Source: Lysobacterales bacterium (lineage in GTDB: Bacteria > Pseudomonadota > Gammaproteobacteria > Xanthomonadales > Rhodanobacteraceae). Taken from it: a DNA stretch of 64,000 nucleotides. The DNA is taken from the NCBI GenBank assembly GCA_038236135.1, contig JBBSTF010000005.1, positions 19,227 through 83,226 on the forward strand, written 5' to 3'. The notes below the pieces were generated by a model. That model was not told where the DNA came from. It worked only from the letters and a program-made list of their open reading frames with translations, and ran no database searches. Made by a program: the position numbers and the translations under genes. The first letter of the stretch is position 1; every line of letters starts with the position of its first letter. Below are positions 1 through 10,013 of this stretch, in pieces.

Positions 1-178
1 GTACACCGGGATGCAGTCGCTCGAAATCCTTCAGTAGATCGCCGACCACTTCGCCTTCGCGACCCATCGTCCAGAAGCGCAAGCTGATCGAACCCTCGTT
101 CGATTTCCCGCACGCAGCCAGCAATCCAACGCACGCAGCGATCAGCGTGATGCGTCGACGCCAGCGCTGCGCCTTCAT
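1..178 (-). CDS. Sugar ABC transporter substrate-binding lipoprotein (5' part; runs off the window)
   Basis: Not in the ORF track. Manual translation from ATG at 178 gives MKAQRWRRRITLIAACVGLLAACGKSNEGSISLRFWTMGREGEVVGDLLKDFERLHPGV, with lipobox LAAC. The ATG overlaps the upstream stop (ATGA). Confidence 0.85.
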   Translation of the reverse strand, partial: MKAQRWRRRITLIAACVGLLAACGKSNEGSISLRFWTMGREGEVVGDLLKDFERLHPGV

Positions 179-1707
179 TTAGCGGTTGCTTGGATGGCGC
201 CCAATCCTGGCTTCCGATCCAGCCAGCCACCGCGAAACCCCGCGCGCTCCAGTCCGCGACGAACGTGCGGATTCTTCTTCATCACGTTCCATACAAATTC
301 ATTGCGGTAGTTTTCGATCATCAGAACGATCGGCCCTTGGTCGATCGCGATTTGATCGGAGTCGATCCAACCACGATCCTTGCCCAGTAGCGTGCCCATT
401 TTCAGCGGTATGTCGGTGTAATTGAAACTGGGGTTGAATGCATCGATGAAGCCGTATTTGCCGTAGATGACGTCGCCGTACTGATCGTGCAGGGCGTGAA
501 TGGCCGGTATGACGATCTCTGGCGCGAAGGCGATCGACCCGGCCGCGGCCGTGGGTGCGATGGTACCGTCGTCGAAATCCGCATCCAGCCCGGCACCACG
601 CGCAGAATAGTGGCGGAACGTGCGCGATGTGCCGTCGTAGGTCTGGATGGTGGACTGCGGGCCATCGCTAGCGGTCAACCCCCAGATGTCGCCGCCATAA
701 CCCTTCCAGCCCATTGGATTTGCATTGGCGTAAGCGCGCTGGGCCAGCGTCGCGCGTCGGCTGTTCTCGAAATAGTCCATTCCCTTTTCACGATTCCAAT
801 CATCGCGAATGCCGCGGAAATCAATCCACACGTGCGAGTACTGGTGGCCGAACTGTGGCCCGAATGCCAGATACGTCTGGCCATGAAATGCGCCAAAGCT
901 GGCGTCATAGGTTTTGGTCCATGCCGTCCATGCATCCGGCTGCACCGGGTGCGTCGGCGAGCCCAGCGCGAGCACATACAACAACATCGCCTCGTTGTAG
1001 CCCATCCAGTCGTGTTTGATGATGCCGTCTTCAGGAACCCAGCCCATCGAGATCAGCGGCTTGCGTGCTTGCAGCCATGGCCAGTCGACGGCCGCGTACA
1101 TGGCTTCGGCGAGCTTGCGAATTTCTGCTTCCGCCGGATCGTCACGGTCGTAGTAACTCTGCGCGAACAGAACGCCGCCGAGCAGCAAGGTGGTATCGAC
1201 GGATGAGACTTCGACCCATCGCGCGTAGCGAAGGCCGCTCGCGAGATTGAGGAAGTGATAGTAGAACCCGTGGTAACCCGCATCGGCGCCTATGCTTGGC
1301 CCCATTGGCAGGCCTCGTAGAAAGCGCAAGGCTTTCAGCGTGCGACCGCGCGCCTGTTCTCGGCTGATCCAGCCGTGCTCCACGCCGACTGTGTATACGG
1401 TGAACGCGAAGCCCATCCCGGCAATGCTGGAAAAAGGCTCCTGGTAAGGAAAGCGATCCGGAATCAGGCCGTTGTCCTGAGTGTGATCCCAGAACCAGCG
1501 AAACGTCCGTTCCTGCAGTTCGTTGACCAGCGGCGTGATCGCGGGACGCGCACGCGCGGCTTCCGATTGCGCCGTGGCGGCAATAGCACCGGGCAACGCT
1601 CCGGGTCTGACTTCCGCATGCATGCACGCGGTCAACATCAGCGCGGTGCATATCAGAGCGCATCGAAATAGCGACCGGATCGACGTACGGGACAGATCTG
1701 TGGACAT
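175..1707 (-). CDS. Glucoamylase-like (alpha/alpha)6 glycoside hydrolase, probably GH144 endo-beta-1,2-glucanase; lipoprotein
   Basis: Motifs LQERTFRWFWD, NGLIPDR, SIAGMGF, WMGYNEAMLLY, QFGHQYSHVW, GKYGFIDAFN, IAIDQGP. Start moved to MSTDL (1707); lipobox LTAC. Confidence 0.8.
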   Translation of the reverse strand: MSTDLSRTSIRSLFRCALICTALMLTACMHAEVRPGALPGAIAATAQSEAARARPAITPLVNELQERTFRWFWDHTQDNGLIPDRFPYQEPFSSIAGMGFAFTVYTVGVEHGWISREQARGRTLKALRFLRGLPMGPSIGADAGYHGFYYHFLNLASGLRYARWVEVSSVDTTLLLGGVLFAQSYYDRDDPAEAEIRKLAEAMYAAVDWPWLQARKPLISMGWVPEDGIIKHDWMGYNEAMLLYVLALGSPTHPVQPDAWTAWTKTYDASFGAFHGQTYLAFGPQFGHQYSHVWIDFRGIRDDWNREKGMDYFENSRRATLAQRAYANANPMGWKGYGGDIWGLTASDGPQSTIQTYDGTSRTFRHYSARGAGLDADFDDGTIAPTAAAGSIAFAPEIVIPAIHALHDQYGDVIYGKYGFIDAFNPSFNYTDIPLKMGTLLGKDRGWIDSDQIAIDQGPIVLMIENYRNEFVWNVMKKNPHVRRGLERAGFRGGWLDRKPGLGAIQATAK

Positions 1708-1869
1708 CAAGTGCGCTCGGTTGCGAAAAAATCGGCCGCCGTGCCGAGACACGGCGGCCGCAGTAGGGAGCGATGGATTGCAGACTTCGTTACGACCACA
1801 CAGACGGTGCGTCGTTCCCGCAACGCCGGATCGTCCATCCACGATCAGGCGCGCGAGTTTTCAATCGCC

Positions 1870-4866
1870 TCAGAACGTGGCACGCACGGACAACTTCACC
1901 GTTCGAACCGGATCGAGGATGCCGTTGCCATTGATATTTCCGAAGTTCGGATTGGCGTCGCCGGGACCACCGCGCCACGTGTCGTAGTCGGTGTAGTTGC
2001 GATAGTTGAACACGTTGAGGATGTCGAGACGGAAGCCCAAGCCGAGACCTTGTCCCAAGTCGATGTTCTTCGACGCCGCCAAGTCGATTTGGCGCTGACC
2101 GAACGTTCCCGAGGGAACCAGCGGGTCGAAGCGGCAGTGATTGAAGTCGGCACCATCAAAGCAGTTGACGGCATCTTTGGCGAACGGGCTCGCATACGTT
2201 GCCTTGCCCGAATAGACAACTCCCCACGGCCCATCCCAGTTGCCTGTCAACACGATACGATTCCGGGGAATGTTGAGTGCTCGCAGGAAGCCCTGCCCGC
2301 TGGGATCGGGATAGTCGAACACATAGTGCTCATCGCCGTTTGCCGCATTCAATCGGTTTTCCTTGGCTTGGGTGTAGGTGTAGGCCAGGGTCATCGCCCA
2401 ACCCGATTCCTCGGTGTAAGGCTTTTCCAGCGACAGCAACACCTGGTTGGTTTTGGACTCGATACCATTGTTGGCGATCAGCAAGGTGCCGAATCCCGGG
2501 ATCGGCTGGCCGAACGGCTGGTTGCCCCAGGTAAAGTTCGGATTGTTGCGGAAGCTTCCATCCGGATAACGATTGCCGAGCGCGAAGTAGATGCCGTCCC
2601 GTGCGTTGATTCGCGAAAGCGTTGCCGACGTGTTCCAGTCGTTGTCGAGCAGCGTGACGGTATTACGCATGCCGATGCTGAACTGGTCGGAATACGGCGT
2701 CTTCAGATCGTTGTTGATCAGGTTGATCTCGCCACCCAGGTTCGGATTGGCTGCGACCAGCGGAGCAAGATTGGTGGGATCGTAATAGCGCGGGTCGAAC
2801 GCAAGGCAAGTGCCGGTGCCTACAGCGCAAGGATGGTTTGGCGTGTTGAACTGGAATTCGTAGCGCGGGAAGATTCCCTTTGATTGTTCCAGTGCAAGAT
2901 AGTCGAACAGATTGCGATCGTAGGAACGGCCGGCACCGCCAAAGATCACGTGGCGCTGGTCCTCGAAGAGGTCATAAGAGAAACCCAGACGCGGCGCGAA
3001 GGCATCCTTGAACGCGCTGCGGTTGCTGCCATTGCCAATGTAGTCCTCGATGTTGTAGTCGGTGTTCTGGATATTCGGCCAGGCACGCAGCGCGGCAACC
3101 AGTTCCGGTCGAGGCTTGAAGTTCAAATAGCTGGGCGTACGTTCGTAATCCCAGCGGATGCCGAGGTTCAAGGTGAGCTTCTGGTTGACCTCCCAGTCAT
3201 CCTGGATATACAGGCCAAGTTGCGAGTTGGCGCTCTGGATGTCGAGCGTGCGCGCACCCGGCACCAGATTGCCGAACTGGACGCGGTTGGGCAGCGAGAA
3301 ACCTTCGCCAATGTCGTAGAAAAACTGCGGGTTGCGCGGATTCTGCTCAAATGCGCTGATGTCGATCCTCTTGTACTTCACACCCATCTTGATGATGTGG
3401 CTGCCGGCCCAGTTGAGGCCGAACCACGACAGGTCATCCTGGAAGCTCTCGCCCTTCTGGCCCTTGCGCTGGAAGTTCTCGCCGGCGCCGTAGTTCAGCA
3501 CCGCGTCGCGCGTATTCCCGTTGTTGGAGCGTTCCAGACGAATGCCGTATCCCACGTTGTTGATCGACGCAGGGCTGTAGAACGAATCCTCATACGTGAG
3601 ATGCGCGTCGTTGAGCCAGTCCCCGAACGTGTACTGGTAGCGCAGGTCTGCGCGTCTTTCGTTGTTCTTCTTGTCGTTGCCGAAGTCCAACGTATTGATG
3701 CCACCGATGCCGTCGATCTGATGTTCGGCACGCCATTTCGCGGTGAACTCGATCAAGTGGTCCTGGCCGGGTGTCCAGGTGATCTTGCCGAAGTAGAGAT
3801 CTTCATTGAAAGGCAGGCTGTTGGGACCAATGAATCCTTGGGCTGCCAGGGGCAACTGTGATACCAAAGCGTTTGCGCCCGGGTTGACATCCGCCGGACG
3901 CAGAATGTCTTTCGCTTCGTACGAGAAGAAATAGTGCAGCACGTCCTTGATGATCGGTCCGCCAAACGTCAGTCCGTACTGCTTGGTCAAGGAATCCGCC
4001 TTCTCCTTGCCGTCTTCCGACGGCCTGCCTGCGCGGTAGTCCTGATCGGTATAGTCAAGAAACACATCGCCATGAAATTCGTTGGTGCCCGACTTGGTCA
4101 ACGCGACGACGCCAGCGCTGCTCAACTGGTCGTACTCGGCTTTGTAGTTCTGGGTGACGACCTTGTATTCAGCGATGGCACCCTGCGGAAACGGATTGCC
4201 GGGCGACGTGTCCTGTCCACTGATGCCGCCCTTGAGGACGTAGTTTTTCTGGCCGACGCCATCGATGAAAACGTTGACGCCGTTGGAACTCTGGCCACCG
4301 GCACGCAACTGGCTGCTGCCATCGGAGCGCGTCTCGAACACGACGCCGGGCACGGTATCGGCAAAGGCGAGGAAATTGCGTGAGTTCTGTGGCAAAGACT
4401 CTATCTGGCGCTGGCTGACGTAACTGCCAACCTCGGACGTTTTGGTTTCGATCAGCGGGCCGGACGTCACCGTGACTGCCTCAAGGGTGGTTGAGCCCGT
4501 GCTGGGTGATGCGGCCCCTCCGACGTCGAGGTTGAGCGTCGCCGTTTGCGATACCTGCAAGGTGACCGCGGTGGTTTTACTGGCACCACCCGATGCGGCG
4601 ACATCCACCCGATAGGAACCTGGCGGAACGCCGAGCACGATGTAGCTGCCGTCTTCATTCGCCAACGTCTGGCGCGTGTAGCCGGTGTTGATGTTGGTCA
4701 GGGTTACCTCAGCGCCGGCAGCGGCGCCGCCGATAACCTGGCCTTTCAATGTTGCGGCGGTCGACTGTGCGTACACGCTGCCGGTGGCTATCGCCATGCA
4801 GGTGGCGAGCGCACAGACCAGCAGCTTGCGCTGCGGACGATGGAAGGTGTTGGTGGAATGCTTCAT
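1870..4866 (-). CDS. TonB-dependent receptor (carbohydrate uptake, Oar-like with N-terminal carboxypeptidase-regulatory-like domain)
   Basis: Signal peptide from MKHST (4866) with a GAGGG RBS; plug-like LPQNSRNF; YIQDDW..NLGIRWDY; C-terminal F. Confidence 0.92.
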   Translation of the reverse strand: MKHSTNTFHRPQRKLLVCALATCMAIATGSVYAQSTAATLKGQVIGGAAAGAEVTLTNINTGYTRQTLANEDGSYIVLGVPPGSYRVDVAASGGASKTTAVTLQVSQTATLNLDVGGAASPSTGSTTLEAVTVTSGPLIETKTSEVGSYVSQRQIESLPQNSRNFLAFADTVPGVVFETRSDGSSQLRAGGQSSNGVNVFIDGVGQKNYVLKGGISGQDTSPGNPFPQGAIAEYKVVTQNYKAEYDQLSSAGVVALTKSGTNEFHGDVFLDYTDQDYRAGRPSEDGKEKADSLTKQYGLTFGGPIIKDVLHYFFSYEAKDILRPADVNPGANALVSQLPLAAQGFIGPNSLPFNEDLYFGKITWTPGQDHLIEFTAKWRAEHQIDGIGGINTLDFGNDKKNNERRADLRYQYTFGDWLNDAHLTYEDSFYSPASINNVGYGIRLERSNNGNTRDAVLNYGAGENFQRKGQKGESFQDDLSWFGLNWAGSHIIKMGVKYKRIDISAFEQNPRNPQFFYDIGEGFSLPNRVQFGNLVPGARTLDIQSANSQLGLYIQDDWEVNQKLTLNLGIRWDYERTPSYLNFKPRPELVAALRAWPNIQNTDYNIEDYIGNGSNRSAFKDAFAPRLGFSYDLFEDQRHVIFGGAGRSYDRNLFDYLALEQSKGIFPRYEFQFNTPNHPCAVGTGTCLAFDPRYYDPTNLAPLVAANPNLGGEINLINNDLKTPYSDQFSIGMRNTVTLLDNDWNTSATLSRINARDGIYFALGNRYPDGSFRNNPNFTWGNQPFGQPIPGFGTLLIANNGIESKTNQVLLSLEKPYTEESGWAMTLAYTYTQAKENRLNAANGDEHYVFDYPDPSGQGFLRALNIPRNRIVLTGNWDGPWGVVYSGKATYASPFAKDAVNCFDGADFNHCRFDPLVPSGTFGQRQIDLAASKNIDLGQGLGLGFRLDILNVFNYRNYTDYDTWRGGPGDANPNFGNINGNGILDPVRTVKLSVRATF

Positions 4867-4957
4867 GGTCGTGCCCTCCCGGGGGCGATGAACGTGGGTG
4901 TAGGTGAGTTGGATCTGTTCGGAATGGAGCGGATGCCATGTTGGATAGCCGATAGGC

Positions 4958-5977
4958 TCACGAGCTGTCCTCGTGTGATTTGCTGGCTTGGCCGGTGGAA
5001 TCACGCACAACCAGCTGCGGTGACAAAATCTGATGCGTTGCTGCGGCGTGCGGATTGCCGATGCTCGCAATCAGTGCGCGGGCGGCGTCGCCGCCCAGTT
5101 CGGCGATATTGACCCGCATTGTGGTCAGGCCCGGCGCGACGAAACGCGCAATTGGGATGTCATCAAAGCCAGCGACGGCGATGTCGCTGGGTATGTGTAG
5201 CCCAGCGTCACGCAAGGCACGCAGGCAGCCGACTGCCATCATGTCGTTGGCAGCAAACACGGCATCGGGACGCGGTGACATCACCGCGATTTCAACTCCA
5301 GCCGCATGGCCAGACTCTTCGCTGAAGTCGCCTTCGAGCACCTGCGCGAAGGTCCCTGTGGCGAAATCCGCCAAGGCCTCGGCGTAGCCACGCAGGCGCT
5401 CCTGCGCATCAAAGTTGTCGGCCGGTCCGCCAATCAGTGCGATACGTCGAAAACCGACACCGAGCAGATAGTCGACCATCTTCAAGGCACCACCGTGATT
5501 GTCGATGGCCAGCGACAGATAATCGTTGCCAAGACTGCGCGTATTCATCAGCACGACGGGCGTGGACGTCGGCAAGTCGTCAGCGAGGTGTGTGGTGCCC
5601 GCATGGGGCGACATGATCAGAATGCCGTCGACGCGACCGCTCAGCGAACGCAGTGCCGCTCCGGTCTCCGACGCGGAACCATGCGAACTCGACACGAGGA
5701 GATGCAAACCCTGTTCCCGGGCGACGCCATCGATGCCACGAATCAGCTCTGAAAAGAATTCGCCATACAGGTCGGGCAGCACGACTCCCAACGTATCCGT
5801 GCGACGAGTGATCAGGCTGCGTGCGGCAGCATGCGGGACATAGCGAAGGCGCTTGGCAATCGCGACGACGTGTTCACGTGTAGCTCTCGTGACACTATCG
5901 TGACCGTTCAGCGCGCGCGACACCGTAGCCACTGAAACAGCGGCTTCGCGCGCGACGTCTTTAATGGTGACGCCCAT
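4958..5977 (-). CDS. LacI-family transcriptional regulator
   Basis: MGVTIKDVAREAAVSVATVSRALN helix-turn-helix; YVPHAAARSL hinge; sugar-binding domain (AGFDDI). Start moved to 5977. Confidence 0.95.
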   Translation of the reverse strand: MGVTIKDVAREAAVSVATVSRALNGHDSVTRATREHVVAIAKRLRYVPHAAARSLITRRTDTLGVVLPDLYGEFFSELIRGIDGVAREQGLHLLVSSSHGSASETGAALRSLSGRVDGILIMSPHAGTTHLADDLPTSTPVVLMNTRSLGNDYLSLAIDNHGGALKMVDYLLGVGFRRIALIGGPADNFDAQERLRGYAEALADFATGTFAQVLEGDFSEESGHAAGVEIAVMSPRPDAVFAANDMMAVGCLRALRDAGLHIPSDIAVAGFDDIPIARFVAPGLTTMRVNIAELGGDAARALIASIGNPHAAATHQILSPQLVVRDSTGQASKSHEDSS

Positions 5978-6000
5978 GACCTGAAAGTCAGCCCCTGCAA

Positions 6001-6020
6001 CGATGTAAACGTTTTCATCG
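6001..6020. promoter_or_regulatory. LacI-type operator upstream of lacI
   Basis: CGATGTAAACGTTTTCATCG is a near-perfect palindrome with a central CG and fits the LacI-family TGWAANCGNTTWCA pattern. Confidence 0.75.
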
Positions 6021-6119
6021 TGCCGTGTTAACGATTTTTTGTCATGCTGCGCCACAGCAGGTCTTTGTTCAGTTTCACGGCCCATCGATGAAGTCCGTTG
6101 CGCTCGCCACTTATAGAAT

Positions 6120-7997
6120 GTGCGGATGAAATCCGAGTTCGAACCTGACGCCGTCATCGGGCCTGCCAACGATGTCGATACCTCGCCCGCGGAACAGTTC
6201 GATGGCAAGGCGTTCGTTCGAACCCTTAGCAACGGTCCGGGCGTCTATCGGATGTTTGGCGCCGATGGAAAACTGCTCTATGTCGGCAAGGCCGGCAGCT
6301 TGAAAAAGCGCGTCGGTAGCTACTTTCTCAAGCCGCGACTGGAGCCGCGCATTGCGTCGATGGTGTCGCAGATCGCAGCGATGGAAACCACGCTGACGCG
6401 CACCGAAGCCGAAGCGCTGCTGCTCGAATCGCAGCTGATCAAATCCTTGCGGCCGCGTTACAACATCCTGCTGCGCGACGACAAGAGTTACCCGTACATC
6501 CACGTCACCGCTGGTGAGTTTCCGAGACTGGCATTTCATCGCGGAACGCGAGGTGCGAAAGGTCGCTACTTTGGACCGTTCCCCAGTGCAGCGGCAGTAC
6601 GCGGAAGCCTTGACCTGTTGCAGAAGCTCTTTCGCATCCGCAACTGCGAAGACAGCTATTTTCGCAATCGATCTCGACCGTGCCTGCAGTATCAGATCCA
6701 GCGCTGCACCGCGCCGTGTGTCGGCTTGATCGAAGCCAGCGAATACGCGAACAGCGTGCGACATGCATCGATGTTCCTGGAGGGCCGCAGCAATGCGGTT
6801 GTCGACGAATTGGTGGCGTCGATGGAGCAGGCGAGTGCCGATCTTGCGTTCGAGCGCGCCGCAATGGTTCGCGACCGCATCGCCGCACTCAAGCGGGTAC
6901 AGGCGAACCATTACGTACAAGGCGCCAGCGCCGACATGGATGTGATCGCCTGCGCGATGTCGAATGGCATTGCCTGCGTCAGTGTGCTGTTCTTCCGTAA
7001 TGGCGTCAGCCTCGGCTCGCGCGATTTTTTCCCGCGCCTGCCCGGCGATGCTGAAGGCGGCGACGTGGTCGCATCGTTCATCGCCCAGTACTACCTGGAG
7101 CGCCCGGTACCCAATGAGTTGATCGTTTCCGACGTACCGCCGGAGCTGGACTTGCTCGCAGAAGCGTTGGCCACGCAGTCGGGGCATGCGGTCGCAATAA
7201 AACCGAATGTGCGATCCGAACGTGCACGTTTCCTTGAGCTGGCTTGCAAGAACGCACAAGGCGCATTGGCAACCCGCCTGGCCAGTCGCAGCACGCAATT
7301 GCGCAGGTTCGAATCGCTACGTGACTTGCTTGGCCTTGCACAAACGCCGCAACGGATCGAGTGCTTCGACATCAGCCACACGATGGGTGAGGCGACGGTG
7401 GCGTCGTGCGTCGTCTATGGCCCGGAAGGTCCGGAAAAATCCCAGTACCGCCGTTTCAATATCACGGGCATCGAACCCGGCGACGACTACGCCGCCATGC
7501 GCCAAGCATTGCTTCGTCGGTATCAGCGCGTGAAAGCAGGCGAAGTCGCGTTGCCCGACCTTTTACTGATTGATGGTGGCAAAGGGCAGCTCAAGCAGGC
7601 CATGGATGTTTTGAAGGAACTAGGAGTCGACGTGCCCTGCGTGGTCGGCGTCGCCAAGGGCGAGGCACGAAAAGCAGGTGACGAAAACCTCATCATCGGC
7701 GGCAGCGGCAAGATATTGTTTCCGGGCCCGGAATCTCCCGCCTCGCACCTGGTGCAAGCCGTACGTGACGAAGCCCATCGATTTGCCATCACCGGCCATC
7801 GCGGTCGTCGCGAGAAGGCGCGTGAGACCAGCACGCTGGAAGAAATTGTCGGCGTCGGCGCAAAACGCCGCTCCGCGCTCCTGAAGCATTTCGGTGGCAG
7901 GGCTGGCCTTGCACAAGCCGGTGTCGACGAACTCATCCGCGTCGATGGCATCAATCGCGAGTTGGCTGAACGCATCTACGCGAGCTTTCACTCCTGA
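6120..7997 (+). CDS. uvrC: Excinuclease ABC subunit C
   Basis: GIY-YIG (PGVYRM..LLYVGKA), LRDDKSYPYI, RIECFDISH, DLLLIDGGKGQL, C-terminal HhH. Confidence 0.98.
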   Translation: MRMKSEFEPDAVIGPANDVDTSPAEQFDGKAFVRTLSNGPGVYRMFGADGKLLYVGKAGSLKKRVGSYFLKPRLEPRIASMVSQIAAMETTLTRTEAEALLLESQLIKSLRPRYNILLRDDKSYPYIHVTAGEFPRLAFHRGTRGAKGRYFGPFPSAAAVRGSLDLLQKLFRIRNCEDSYFRNRSRPCLQYQIQRCTAPCVGLIEASEYANSVRHASMFLEGRSNAVVDELVASMEQASADLAFERAAMVRDRIAALKRVQANHYVQGASADMDVIACAMSNGIACVSVLFFRNGVSLGSRDFFPRLPGDAEGGDVVASFIAQYYLERPVPNELIVSDVPPELDLLAEALATQSGHAVAIKPNVRSERARFLELACKNAQGALATRLASRSTQLRRFESLRDLLGLAQTPQRIECFDISHTMGEATVASCVVYGPEGPEKSQYRRFNITGIEPGDDYAAMRQALLRRYQRVKAGEVALPDLLLIDGGKGQLKQAMDVLKELGVDVPCVVGVAKGEARKAGDENLIIGGSGKILFPGPESPASHLVQAVRDEAHRFAITGHRGRREKARETSTLEEIVGVGAKRRSALLKHFGGRAGLAQAGVDELIRVDGINRELAERIYASFHS

Positions 7998-8123
7998 CCG
8001 CAGCAACAACCTGGCTTTCAACACGGCACGGCCAATCCAGACCCTGCGCTACACTTCCCGACGATGCGATCGCCCACCCATGCGAATTTTCCGCACTGTC
8101 TTCCCCGAATCAGCCCGCACCGA

Positions 8124-8702
8124 ATGACCCTGACCGTTCCGACCATCATCACCCTGTTCCGAATCGGACTACTGCCGGTCATCATCATCGTGTTCTACCT
8201 GCCCGAGTTCTATCCGGCCACGGCGCGCTGGTCGAACGTGGCGGCCGCCGGCATCTTCATCGCCGCTGCCTTGACCGACTGGCTCGACGGCTGGATCGCG
8301 CGACGCTGGAACCTGGCCTCGGCATTCGGTGCATTCCTCGATCCAGTCGCCGACAAGTTGATGGTGGCAGTCGCGCTGTTCTTGATCGTGCAGCAGAATC
8401 CGACGCCGCTGCTGGCCATCACCAGCGCGGTGATCGTTGGGCGCGAAATCAGCATTTCCGCTCTGCGCGAGTGGATGGCCGAGATTGGCCGCAGCAAGCA
8501 TGTCCGCGTCGCCTTCGTCGGCAAGCTGAAGACAGTGATGCAAATTGTCGCGATCGTCGTCTGCCTGTACCAGCGCGATTTCCCGGAACTCAAGCCCTAT
8601 CGTGTCGGCGAAGCCCTGCTGGTGATCGCAGCGGTGCTGACCATCTGGTCGGGTTTCGTCTACGTGCGCGCCGCGTGGCCGGTCCTGCGCGAGCGCGGCT
8701 GA
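8124..8702 (+). CDS. pgsA: CDP-diacylglycerol--glycerol-3-phosphate 3-phosphatidyltransferase
   Basis: DWLDGWIARR..FGAFLDPVADK motif; usual position after uvrC. Start moved to MTLTVP. Confidence 0.96.
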   Translation: MTLTVPTIITLFRIGLLPVIIIVFYLPEFYPATARWSNVAAAGIFIAAALTDWLDGWIARRWNLASAFGAFLDPVADKLMVAVALFLIVQQNPTPLLAITSAVIVGREISISALREWMAEIGRSKHVRVAFVGKLKTVMQIVAIVVCLYQRDFPELKPYRVGEALLVIAAVLTIWSGFVYVRAAWPVLRERG

Positions 8703-8784
8703 AAGCGGGCCAGATCAAGGGCTAAGCGCCTTGCGTAGCCGGGCAAAACTCGCGAAAACTACGTCCAATGTCGTTCAAAGTGGT

Positions 8785-8812
8785 TTGACAGTCGTCCTGG
8801 AATCGGCATAAT
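8785..8812 (+). promoter_or_regulatory. Sigma70 promoter of the tRNA-Gly/tRNA-Cys operon
   Basis: TTGACA (8785-8790), 16-nt spacer, CATAAT (8807-8812), followed by a GC-rich discriminator. Confidence 0.75.
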
Positions 8813-8825
8813 GCGCGGCTCCCGA

Positions 8826-8901
<76 letters not shown>

Positions 8902-8973
8902 GATTTTGCCCAGACCTCGGTTCGCCGGGGTCTTGTTTTATCGGAAGCAGGCATTCGCATGTTTCCCGCTACC

Positions 8974-9047
8974 GGCCTGGTGGCAGAGTGGTCATGCAGC
9001 GGCCTGCAAAGCCGCGTACGCCGGTTCGATTCCGACCCAGGCCTCCA
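8974..9047 (+). tRNA. tRNA-Cys (GCA)
   Basis: GGCCTGGTGGCAGAGTGGTCATGCAGCGGCCTGCAAAGCCGCGTACGCCGGTTCGATTCCGACCCAGGCCTCCA. Confidence 0.98.
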
Positions 9048-9063
9048 GCGAAATCAACCAGTT

Positions 9064-9089
9064 GACCCGCGCTCGCGGGTTTTCTTTTG
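9064..9089 (+). terminator. Rho-independent terminator after tRNA-Cys
   Basis: ACCCGCG-CT-CGCGGGT followed by TTTCTTTT. Confidence 0.75.
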
Positions 9090-9288
9090 CCTAGATCTCA
9101 TCGATTGCGGGGCCAAACCCGTCGTCTGACGCGCATTAGCAGAAAACCCGTTGAAGGTGTGGTGGCGTGCACTTCCACGAGTTTTTCAAATCGGCGCGGC
9201 GTCCCTGGTTGGGCAGCGAGCCCCGGTCGTGAGACGGTCAGGCTTAAGCGCGTAGAGTTCCGCCAACACTGATGATCGGCTACCGAAC

Positions 9289-9486
9289 ATGCATCGACTT
9301 CCCAACAGATTTTTCGCAGCTGCCGGCGGTCCCGGCAAGTCCGGCGGCTATGCCGAACCCAAGCCCGACCCTAATCGAGGCGACGACGCAGAAGATTCGT
9401 TCCAGCCTGAATATGACCAAGGTCGGGAGCCGAAGAAGTCTCCATCGGAACCCGATCACGAGAAGGCGCCGCACGACAAGTCGTGA
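9289..9486 (+). CDS. Small acidic/Pro-rich hypothetical protein
   Basis: 65-aa ORF with low-complexity EPKPDP/EPDHEK composition; no family recognised. Confidence 0.35.
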   Translation: MHRLPNRFFAAAGGPGKSGGYAEPKPDPNRGDDAEDSFQPEYDQGREPKKSPSEPDHEKAPHDKS

Positions 9487-9669
9487 CGCTTTTTGGTTGA
9501 GGGCGGTCCAACAACCGATGTGCTCGTCGCCCCTTCGTCGGAACATCCGCGTCCAAGCGTTGGCAACAGGACCGCGCAGCGACCCATACCCCTACAGAGT
9601 ATCCGCCGCAAAGCGGCAGCTTTACGCAGCGCGCTGCGCTGCGTGCCTTTGACCTACCTACCGATTCGG

Positions 9670-9890
9670 GGAGGCGAGTTGGCGCAGGAAATCCCGCAGG
9701 GTGGCCGAATGGATTCGGCCAGTTCGCTGCAGGCGCAGGGATGCGCCTTCAGCGAACCCCGTAGTCATCTCGCGTAGTCGTGCAGCTTCATCGCACGACC
9801 GACCCGCCACGGGCGCATCTTTGGCCCACGTTTCTCTGCGAGGAGAAAGGTGGGTCGCTCGCCGGCAGGCGAGAGAAACGCTTGACCAGT
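9670..9890. repeat. Multi-hairpin intergenic repeat element (long extragenic palindromic type)
   Basis: Consecutive inverted repeats at 9703-9720, 9723-9756, 9777-9799, 9831-9848 and 9858-9873. The layout resembles dispersed intergenic elements I recall from Xanthomonadales. Only one copy is in the window. Confidence 0.55.
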
Positions 9891-10013
9891 CCGGCGACAG
9901 CCGATATCAAGAGTGAAGCGGCAGCCCAGCGAAAAGATTGACCATTCTGGCTACAGAAAACACAGCCTAGGCGACGCCTTGGACACAATCACGCCTCAGC
10001 GCCAGACAAACGA

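Noticed and set aside
6025-6040. Second LacI half-site TGTTAACGATTTTT next to the main operator
   Set aside because: Right arm is degenerate and cannot be supported without binding data.
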